Below, piece after piece: positions 21,520-29,750 of a stretch of DNA of 64,000 nt. The stretch lies in the NCBI GenBank assembly GCA_963843375.1, contig CAWJKT010000029.1:1-64000 (forward strand), in the 5' to 3' direction. The DNA is from an uncultured Pseudomonadota bacterium. Its GTDB lineage: Bacteria; Oederibacteriota; Muellerivitia; Muellerivitales; Muellerivitaceae. Made by a program: the position numbers and the translations under genes. The notes under the pieces are model-generated. The model did no database searches. It saw only the letters and a program-made list of their open reading frames with translations, and had not been told where the DNA came from. How positions within the stretch are numbered: position 1 is the first letter of the stretch; every line of letters starts with the position of its first letter.

Positions 21520-23172
21520 ATGAGGTCGAGTAAGATTAAAAAAAGGATGGGCCAAGGAATTTCGCTGTTCTTTTTCTTGGCAGTAGCCCTATTCGGAGCC
21601 GGGGGGAGAGCCTGGGCGGATGATGCCGCTGCCGCAACCACGCCCGCAGCCACGCCTGCGGCGACGGCAGCACCCACTTCATTGATGGGCTTCATGAATT
21701 ATGCGGACTTCACTTGGGTGAATGGTAACACCCACGAGGTGGACTTCCCCTTGGCGGGGAAAGTTTGGTCACCGGAGTTCCTTTTCGACACAAACTACGC
21801 CTACGATTTCGCTCGTCCAAACGACCATGTGATTTCGGGATCCACTTGCACCAACATCAGCAATCAGGTGGTCTTGGAGCATTTGGGATTTGGAGGTGAC
21901 GCATGGCTTGACAACGTCCATTTGCGTATTATGACCGAATTCGGCATGTACGCCACGGAGGTGCCAAGGGACGACGAGACCCCGGCCAGGGGCTCTTGGG
22001 CTGTCGTGCCGGGAGTCCAGTATCTTACTGAGGCTTACGGCGGTTACCACTTTGATATCGCTGGCACGGATGGCATCAACATCGATTTCGGCCAGTTTCC
22101 GTCCTATGTCGGCCTTTACAGCTTCTATGACTCGGAAAACTGGACCTATCAGGCCTCTTACGTGTCATCCAACACTCCCTGGTTCTTTACGGGGGAACGC
22201 ACCCAGATATTCCCGAATGACAGATTTAAAATCGAGCTTTGGCTTATCAACGGCTGGCAGACTTACAACGAATTCGATGAGGGGTTGGGAAATGTGGGCC
22301 TCAATTTCGGCTGTGAACTCCGTGGCGCGCCGAATCCGAACCTGGTCTTGATTTCCAACGATTACATTGGTCCGGACAATCCCGATTCGCCGCAATGTAT
22401 CAAGTCCCACACGGACGACAGCATTGTGTGCAAATATTTCGATGACCCGAAATCAGGCGGTCTGGACAAGATGGCCTTCTCCTTGACTTGCGACGCGGGT
22501 ATGCAACAAGGGCCTTTGTATGTGGGAGGGTCACCCACCAGTCCTGCAGCCATATATGACAGCGAAAGCACGGTATATGGTAACGGTCCTTCGGACATAG
22601 GAATTGGGGAAAATGGCAACCCGACGGGTTATGGGCCCATTAATGCGCCGGCCTATACCGTCAACAGCGCGTACGTTACCGTTGGTCCCGGAAACAAACC
22701 CGGACAATACGCGGAATATTTCCTTGGAACCATGGCATACGACCGCATGTGGTTCGCCCACGATACCATCGCCATTACACTTGGCGGCGGTTGGATGACG
22801 AATCCCGGACGTTACTTGGCTCTGCTTCCGGATATCGACGGGGATACGGCCGCTCAATACGGTGGTGATCCTATCGCCACAGCCGCGTTCAACGAAGAAC
22901 CTGGGCTTCCTTGGACCTGCTGGGATTACGACATCAGTCTTCAAATTATGTCCAACGAATATATCACCTGGGATTTCGAATATACCCATCGCAACTCCAG
23001 CGTGCCTTACTTCGTCGGTCCGGGTGGCGTCACTTCCTCCGACGGGTGGACGGCGGGAGCGGCTACGGGATCAACCCAAGCCAACGGGGGTGGCGGTGCC
23101 TTTACTTCTTATCATCCGGATCTCGTGAACTATGAGGACATCCTTGTGGGTGCGGTGATGATCCACATCTAA
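21520..23172 (+). CDS. Outer-membrane beta-barrel/porin-like protein, paralog 1
   Basis: Signal peptide ending RAWA; Ala/Thr linker; amphipathic aromatic strands; LTEAYGGYHF, SYVGLYSFY, SSNTPWFFTG, WLINGWQ. Resembles BBP2/OmpL-like porins (by eye). Confidence 0.8.
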   Translation: MRSSKIKKRMGQGISLFFFLAVALFGAGGRAWADDAAAATTPAATPAATAAPTSLMGFMNYADFTWVNGNTHEVDFPLAGKVWSPEFLFDTNYAYDFARPNDHVISGSTCTNISNQVVLEHLGFGGDAWLDNVHLRIMTEFGMYATEVPRDDETPARGSWAVVPGVQYLTEAYGGYHFDIAGTDGINIDFGQFPSYVGLYSFYDSENWTYQASYVSSNTPWFFTGERTQIFPNDRFKIELWLINGWQTYNEFDEGLGNVGLNFGCELRGAPNPNLVLISNDYIGPDNPDSPQCIKSHTDDSIVCKYFDDPKSGGLDKMAFSLTCDAGMQQGPLYVGGSPTSPAAIYDSESTVYGNGPSDIGIGENGNPTGYGPINAPAYTVNSAYVTVGPGNKPGQYAEYFLGTMAYDRMWFAHDTIAITLGGGWMTNPGRYLALLPDIDGDTAAQYGGDPIATAAFNEEPGLPWTCWDYDISLQIMSNEYITWDFEYTHRNSSVPYFVGPGGVTSSDGWTAGAATGSTQANGGGGAFTSYHPDLVNYEDILVGAVMIHI

Positions 23173-23279
23173 AGTGAAGGTGGGAAAGAAGTTTTAAAAA
23201 GAGAGTGAACGTGAAGCGCCGGGCCGGATTTCAGGGATTCGGCCCGACGCCCTCTCCTCCAAGTTGATCGGCAGGAACG

Positions 23280-23313
23280 GGGACGGTTCTTCGGAACCGT
23301 CCCTTTCCTTTTT
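23280..23313 (+). terminator. Intrinsic terminator (UUCG loop)
   Basis: GGGACGGTTC-TTCG-GAACCGTCCC-TTTCCTTTTT. Confidence 0.9.
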
Positions 23314-23431
23314 GGGGGCGGTTATGAAGGGAACAAACCCTGAATCAAGGTCCAATAAGATTTTTTAAATTTCTTGTTTTTAAATTGCAGAACGATTTTT
23401 CAAGTACTCGGTTATCCAACAGGAATGAACG

Positions 23432-24127
23432 ATGGCCCACAAATATTTAATTCTTATGATTGAGGATGAAAAACCGATCAGGCGGTTCCTGAAGCCCTAT
23501 CTGGAAAGCCACGATTTTAAAGTGATTGAGGCGGCTAACGCCCGGGAAGGTCAGGCCCTGGCTTCTTCCCATAAACCGGATTTGATTCTTTTGGACTTAG
23601 GATTGCCCGATGAGGATGGACTGGTAGTCCTGCGCCGCCTTCGGGAATGGTCCCAGGTACCCGTTATCATCCTGACCGCAAGAGGCAAGGAAAAGGAAAA
23701 AGTGGAGGGACTGGACGCGGGGGCCGACGATTATCTCGCCAAGCCCTTTGACGTCGAGGAACTGATGGCCCGTATTCGCGTGGCCTTGAAGCACCTAAAC
23801 AGCATGAAACAACAAAATGACACCCCGGTTTTTGAGACCCCGGATTTCAAGGTGGATTTGGCGGCCCGTATCGTCAAGGTCGGGGGAAATGAAGTTCACC
23901 TGACCCCAAATGAGTTCAGTCTTTTGGCCTTCTTGGTCCGGCACGCGGGCAAAGTGGTCACCCAAAAGCTGATTATCAACGAGATCTGGGGGCCCACCAG
24001 CGACGACCAGGGGCGCTCCTTGAGGCTATATATCCACCTGTTGCGCCAAAAGATAGAAACCGATCCCGCTCTTCCAAAGTACATCCTGACCGAACCCGGA
24101 GTGGGTTACCGTTTGAAGTACCAGTAA
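23432..24127 (+). CDS. kdpE: KdpE-like response regulator, copy 2
   Basis: LLDLGLPD, GADDYLAKPF, HLTPNEF, TEPGVGYRL. Confidence 0.9.
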   Translation: MAHKYLILMIEDEKPIRRFLKPYLESHDFKVIEAANAREGQALASSHKPDLILLDLGLPDEDGLVVLRRLREWSQVPVIILTARGKEKEKVEGLDAGADDYLAKPFDVEELMARIRVALKHLNSMKQQNDTPVFETPDFKVDLAARIVKVGGNEVHLTPNEFSLLAFLVRHAGKVVTQKLIINEIWGPTSDDQGRSLRLYIHLLRQKIETDPALPKYILTEPGVGYRLKYQ

Positions 24128-24367
24128 ATCTTTATCCAATTCCCTTTCGGAAAAATAAAGAAATGATGAACAAGGCGCTGGCTTGGAGTTGAAGCGCAAA
24201 ATAAGTTTTTCCTTTGCCATTCGAAAAGGACGAAGGAGAGAGAGGAAGTGAAGTCTCGCGAAGAAAAAGAGGGAGATCTCCCCCGCCTTGGTGAGCGGAT
24301 TCAATAGATTAGTTGGAACGGGCTTGAAAAATACAATCATGTCAATTCGCGAAAGGCGGGTGTTGTT

Positions 24368-25999
24368 ATGAAGTCGAGAGAACTTAAAAAAAGGACAGGC
24401 CAAGGAATATCATTATTGCTTTTTTTGGCTATAGCCGTCATCGGATTATGGGGAAAAGTCTGGGCGGAGGAGGCTGTTGCCACAACGCCAGCGGCCACGC
24501 CGGTTGCCGCGGCGCCCGCCTCCCTGATGGGCTTCATGAATTATGCCGACTTCACTTGGGTGAACGGAAACACCCATGAGGTTGATTTTCCTTTGGCGGG
24601 GAAAGTTTTCACGCCCGAGTTCCTTTTCGACTCCAATTACTGTTACGATTTTTCCCGTGCGAATGACCATAATATATCCGGGTCCACCTGTACGAATCTG
24701 AGTGGCCAGGTCGTTGTCGAACATTTGGGTTTTGGGGGTGACGCCTACATCGATAACGCCCATTTGCGCATTATGACCGAGTTTGGAATGTATGCCACCG
24801 AGGTGCCCAGGGATGATGAGACCCCGGCCCGGGGTTCTTGGGCTGTGGTACCGGGGGTCCAGTATCTCACCGAAGCCTTTGGAGGTTACCACTTCGATGT
24901 TGCGGGGACGGATGGGATCAATGTCGACTTAGGCCAGTTTCCCTCTTATGTCGGTCTTTACAGCTTCTATGACTCGGAAAACTGGACCTACCAGGCTTCC
25001 TACGTTTCCTCCAATACACCCTGGTTTTTCACGGGTATGCGTGTTCAGTTGTTCCCCAGTGATTATTTCAAATTGGAACTTTGGGCCATCAACGGGTGGC
25101 AGACCTACGGCATTTTCGACGAAGGCTTGGGAGGCTCGGGACTCAATTACGGCTTTGAAGTCCGCGCTGCGCCAAACCCTTCGCTGGTCCTGATCTCGAA
25201 TGATTACGTCGGGCCGGATAATGCCGATTCTCCGAACTGCATCAAGTCCCATACGGATGACAGCATCATCTGCAAGTATTTCGACAATCCGAAATCAAAC
25301 GGTCTGGATAAGATGGCCTTCTCCTTGACTTGCGATGCGGGTATGCAACAAGGGCCTTTGTATGTGGGTCCGAGCGCGCCGTTATACGACAGTGAAAGTA
25401 CCGTATACGGCGGGGGTAACGGCACGGGTTTTGGACCAAGTTATGGGCCCATCAATGCGCCTTATGCCACTGTTGGTCCGAGTGGCTGGGTTACGGTCGG
25501 TCCCGGGAACAAACCCGGGCAGTACGCGGAGTATTTCCTGGGGGCCATGGCCTATAACCGTATGTGGTTCGCCCACGACACCATCGCCTTTACGTTTGGC
25601 GGAGGTTGGATGGATAATCCCGGACGTTATCTGGCGCTTCTTCCGGTGATCGATGGGGATACGGCCGGCAATTACGGCAGTGATCCTGTCGCCACGGCTG
25701 CTTTTAACGAATCGCCGGGCGTCCCCTGGCAAGCATGGGATTACGATTTAAGCTTACAGATTATGCCAAACGAATATCTCACATTCGGTTTGGAGTATAC
25801 GCATCGTTCCTCCAGCGTACCTTACTTCGTTGGGCCTGGGGGCATCACTTCCACCGATGGATGGGGACCGGGCGCGGGTACTTCAAGCATCAATGTCAGC
25901 ACGGCTCCCGGTACTCCGAATGGTACCTACACTTCCTATCATCCCGACCTGGTGACCTACGAAGATTTGATCGTGGGCGCGATTATGGTCCATATTTAA
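24368..25999 (+). CDS. Outer-membrane beta-barrel/porin-like protein, paralog 2
   Basis: Collinear and highly similar to paralogs 1 and 3; differs in loop segments. Confidence 0.8.
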   Translation: MKSRELKKRTGQGISLLLFLAIAVIGLWGKVWAEEAVATTPAATPVAAAPASLMGFMNYADFTWVNGNTHEVDFPLAGKVFTPEFLFDSNYCYDFSRANDHNISGSTCTNLSGQVVVEHLGFGGDAYIDNAHLRIMTEFGMYATEVPRDDETPARGSWAVVPGVQYLTEAFGGYHFDVAGTDGINVDLGQFPSYVGLYSFYDSENWTYQASYVSSNTPWFFTGMRVQLFPSDYFKLELWAINGWQTYGIFDEGLGGSGLNYGFEVRAAPNPSLVLISNDYVGPDNADSPNCIKSHTDDSIICKYFDNPKSNGLDKMAFSLTCDAGMQQGPLYVGPSAPLYDSESTVYGGGNGTGFGPSYGPINAPYATVGPSGWVTVGPGNKPGQYAEYFLGAMAYNRMWFAHDTIAFTFGGGWMDNPGRYLALLPVIDGDTAGNYGSDPVATAAFNESPGVPWQAWDYDLSLQIMPNEYLTFGLEYTHRSSSVPYFVGPGGITSTDGWGPGAGTSSINVSTAPGTPNGTYTSYHPDLVTYEDLIVGAIMVHI

Positions 26000-26096
26000 A
26001 CCTGAGGTTTTGGATGAATTTTGGAAGAAAGTTAAATAAAACTTCGGTCTGAGTTTTAACGATAGGTCACAAGTCTTTTCTCTTAGTTGAGAAAGC

Positions 26097-26127
26097 AGGG
26101 ATGGTTCTTCGGAGCCGTCCCTTTTTT
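26097..26127 (+). terminator. Intrinsic terminator
   Basis: AGGGATGGTTC-TTCG-GAGCCGTCCCT followed by a T run. Confidence 0.88.
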
Positions 26128-26641
26128 ATTGGGCGCTAAAAAGTCCGATTTGCGAACTTTTCCCCTGCGTTTTTGAAAATAACCGAAACGGGTTTCGGGG
26201 CCCTAATTCATTGATGAATTCCCAACCATATGAATTATGAATATAGAAGGTTCTTTTCTTCAAACAGCCACATTGAACGGGGGATTCAATGTTCGCGAAA
26301 CAATGGGCGAGTTTTATAAATCCATCAAAGCAATTCCGTCTTAACAAAACCATAACCTTTAAACGGCAATCTTTATGGATTACTAATGCGCCGTTGTTTT
26401 ATGATCCGCTCTCGTAAACACAAAAAGAGATTTTTTTCGGCGAATTAAAAAGTGGAAATTAATTTTTAAAATAATTTTTTAACCGTTTGGATAATTGGTT
26501 ACATCGGCCATTCATTTTAAATTTTATAAAGAATTAGTTAGGAAATGTTAAAAAGAACAATTAAGGGCAGACACGAACAAATTTGTGTTTTCACTTTAGA
26601 GTTTGGTTTTCGTTTTTAAGGCAATAGCGCGTTGTTAGGAT

Positions 26642-26656
26642 TGGCATGAGTGTTGC
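26642..26656 (+). promoter_or_regulatory. Sigma54 promoter of porin 3
   Basis: TGGCAT-GAGTG-TTGC, identical to 21315. Confidence 0.85.
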
Positions 26657-26838
26657 TTTGAGGTTAAGCGCTTATAGGTTCCGGGTTGAAGAAATTCAAG
26701 TTCCGGATGGAGGGAAGAGAAGAGCTGGGAATCAAAGCTGAAAAAGGAGGGGCGCTTTCCCGGAGGGCCAGAACTGGCCTGAAAGGGGGCGAGTTCCTCA
26801 AATTTAACCCTGGAAATTGGGGAAAGGTTGGTGTTTTT

Positions 26839-28485
26839 ATGAGGTCGAAAAAGATTAAAAAAAGGATGGGCCAAGGAATTTCGCTATTCCTTTTCATGGC
26901 GGTAGCCTTATTTGGATGGGGTGGTAAAGCCTGGGCAGACGCAGCAGCCACGCCCGCGGCTACGCCTGCGGCGACGGCAGCCGCGCCCACTTCATTGATG
27001 GGCTTCATGAATTACGCAGACTTCACATGGGTGAACGGTAACACCCACGAGGTGGACTTCCCCTTGGCGGGGAAAGTTTGGTCACCGGAGTTCCTTTTCG
27101 ACACAAACTACGCCTACGATTTCGCTAAGCCGAATGACCATGCGATTTCGGGGTCCACTTGTACTAACATCAGCAATCAGGTGGTGCTTGAACATTTTGG
27201 ATTTGGCGGTGATGCGTGGATCGACAATGTCCATTTGCGGTTAATGACCGAATTCGGAATGTATTCCACTGAGGTTCCGAGGGACGATGAGACCCCGGCT
27301 AGGGGCTCCTGGAACGTCATAACGGGAACCCAGTATCTCACCGAGGCTTACGGCGGTTATCACTTCGATATACCGGGAACGGATGGAATTAACATCGATT
27401 TTGGCCAGTTTCCGTCCTATGTCGGCCTTTACAGCTTCTATGACTCGGAAAACTGGACCTACCAAGCGTCTTATGTGTCATCCAACACTCCCTGGTTCTT
27501 CACGGGGGAACGCACGCAGATTTTCCCGGATGACCATTTAAAAATAGAGCTCTGGCTCATCAACGGCTGGCAGACCTACAACGAATTTGATGAAGGGTTG
27601 GGAGGCTCGGGCCTCAATTACGGATGTGAAATCCGTGCCGCACCGAACCCAGGGCTAGTCTTGATTTCCAACAATTACGTTGGTCCGGACAACCCCGACT
27701 CACCACAATGTATCAAGTCCCACACGGACGACAGCATTGTGTGCAAATATTTCGATGACCCGAAATCAGGCGGTCTGGACAAGATGGCCTTCTCCTTGAC
27801 TTGCGACGCGGGTATGCAACAAGGGCCTTTGTATGTGGGAGGGTCACCCACTAGTCCTGCAGCCATATATGACAGCGAAAGCACGGTATATGGTAACGGT
27901 CCTTCAGACATAGGAATTGGGGAAAATGGAAACCCGACGGGTTATGGGCCCATTAATGCGCCGGCTTATAGCGTCTCAAGCGCCTACGTCACGGTTGGTC
28001 CCGGAAATAAACCCGGCCAATACGCCGAATATTTCCTGGGAGCCATGTGTTACGACCGTATGTGGTTTGCCCACGATACCCTTGCCTTTACGGTTGGGGG
28101 TGGCTGGATGACGAACCCGGGACGTTACCTTGCTCTGCTTCCCCCTGTTGATGGGGATACGGCCGCCACTTATGGCAGTGATCCCATCGCCACAGCCGCT
28201 TTCAACGAGGAACCTGGGCTTCCTTGGACCTGTTGGGATTACGACATCAGTTTACAAATCATGACCAACGAGTACATCACCTGGGATTTGGAATATACCC
28301 ATCGCAATTCCAGCATTCCATACTTCGTCGGGCCGGGTGGCGTCACTTCCTCCGACGGATGGACAACGGGAGCGGCCACGGGGTCAACCCAAGCCAACGG
28401 GGGCGGGGGTACCTTTACTTCTTATCATCCCGATCTCGTGACCTACGAGGATATCCTTGTTGGATCGGTCATGATTCATATCTAG
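26839..28485 (+). CDS. Outer-membrane beta-barrel/porin-like protein, paralog 3
   Basis: Closest to paralog 1; start assigned by homology (GAAAGG...ATGAGGTCG). Confidence 0.8.
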   Translation: MRSKKIKKRMGQGISLFLFMAVALFGWGGKAWADAAATPAATPAATAAAPTSLMGFMNYADFTWVNGNTHEVDFPLAGKVWSPEFLFDTNYAYDFAKPNDHAISGSTCTNISNQVVLEHFGFGGDAWIDNVHLRLMTEFGMYSTEVPRDDETPARGSWNVITGTQYLTEAYGGYHFDIPGTDGINIDFGQFPSYVGLYSFYDSENWTYQASYVSSNTPWFFTGERTQIFPDDHLKIELWLINGWQTYNEFDEGLGGSGLNYGCEIRAAPNPGLVLISNNYVGPDNPDSPQCIKSHTDDSIVCKYFDDPKSGGLDKMAFSLTCDAGMQQGPLYVGGSPTSPAAIYDSESTVYGNGPSDIGIGENGNPTGYGPINAPAYSVSSAYVTVGPGNKPGQYAEYFLGAMCYDRMWFAHDTLAFTVGGGWMTNPGRYLALLPPVDGDTAATYGSDPIATAAFNEEPGLPWTCWDYDISLQIMTNEYITWDLEYTHRNSSIPYFVGPGGVTSSDGWTTGAATGSTQANGGGGTFTSYHPDLVTYEDILVGSVMIHI

Positions 28486-28583
28486 GTGAATTTTGGAACG
28501 AGTATGAAAATAGGATCAAAGTGAAGTGTCGGGCTGGAACTCAGGGATCCGGCCCGGCGCTCTCTCCTTCTAGTTGAAAGTTG

Positions 28584-28617
28584 GGGACGGTTCTTCGGAG
28601 CCGTCCCTTTCCTTTTT
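28584..28617 (+). terminator. Intrinsic terminator
   Basis: GGGACGGTTC-TTCG-GAGCCGTCCC-TTTCCTTTTT. Confidence 0.9.
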
Positions 28618-28775
28618 CAGGGTAAATATTTGATAACATTTGTGAAATAAATATGCAACTAACGGGAAATCCATTCATAAAAAAATTAAAAGGTTATAAT
28701 AAGTCTCGTACCGGTTTCGAGTTTGTTGAAAGGGCTAATAATTATTTTTGGTATTCTGCTAAAGAGGAATGAACG

Positions 28776-29471
28776 ATGTCCAACAAATATTCAGTTCTCA
28801 TGATTGAAGACGAAAAGCCGATCCGGCGGTTTCTGAAGCCCTATTTGGAGAGCCATGATTTCAAAGTCATCGAAGCTGTCAACGCCCAAGAAGGTTTGTC
28901 CCTGGCTTCTTCTCACAAGCCGGATTTGATCCTCTTGGACTTGGGATTGCCCGACCAGGATGGGCTAGTAGTCTTGCGTCGTCTCCGGGAGTGGACTCAG
29001 GTACCCGTCATCATCCTGACGGCCCGGGGCAAGGAAAAGGAAAAAGTAGAGGGATTGGACGCCGGGGCCGATGATTATCTCGGCAAACCTTTTGATGTCG
29101 AGGAACTAATGGCCCGCATCCGCGTGGCCTTGAGACATCTAAACAGCATTAAACAACAAGGTGAGGAGCCGGTTTTTGAGACCCACGATTTCAAGGTGGA
29201 TTTGGCGGCCCGCATCGTCACCGTCAGGGGAAAAGAGGTTCACCTGACCCCGAATGAATATGGACTTTTGGCTTTTTTGGTCCGGCATGCGGGTAAAGTA
29301 GTCACACAAAAGTTGATTATCAATGAGATATGGGGACCCAATAATGACGACCAGGGGCGTTCCTTACGGCTTTATATCCACCAATTGCGACAAAAAATGG
29401 AAGTTGATCCGGCTCTTCCCAGGTACATTCTCACCGAACCCGGGGTGGGTTACCGGTTGAAATACGAGTAG
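28776..29471 (+). CDS. kdpE: KdpE-like response regulator, copy 3
   Basis: Protein nearly identical to copy 2. Confidence 0.9.
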   Translation: MSNKYSVLMIEDEKPIRRFLKPYLESHDFKVIEAVNAQEGLSLASSHKPDLILLDLGLPDQDGLVVLRRLREWTQVPVIILTARGKEKEKVEGLDAGADDYLGKPFDVEELMARIRVALRHLNSIKQQGEEPVFETHDFKVDLAARIVTVRGKEVHLTPNEYGLLAFLVRHAGKVVTQKLIINEIWGPNNDDQGRSLRLYIHQLRQKMEVDPALPRYILTEPGVGYRLKYE

Positions 29472-29750
29472 GTATTTTCAATTCCGCCCATCCGCCCTTC
29501 CTGTTCTAACTCCAAGGAAGTCTTGGAATTCCCAGCAAAAATTATCAATAATAATAATTTGAACCTTGTTCACCACGAAAAAAATAAGTGTTCGAATTAA
29601 GCCACCCATACCATTTCGCTTTTAGGTCTTGAGGGTATTTGGTGGTGAAAAATATTTTTTTAGATTCTCTGGATCTTGTCCTGGTTTCCATTGCGGCAAA
29701 TGCGGTTATAGGGCTCGAAATCGATTGGTCATCAAACTTTGGTGGTGGGA

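Noticed and set aside
26686..26838. ORF-track N-terminal extension of porin 3
   Set aside because: The homologous leader of porin 1 is not open in that frame, and the signal peptide begins at 26839.
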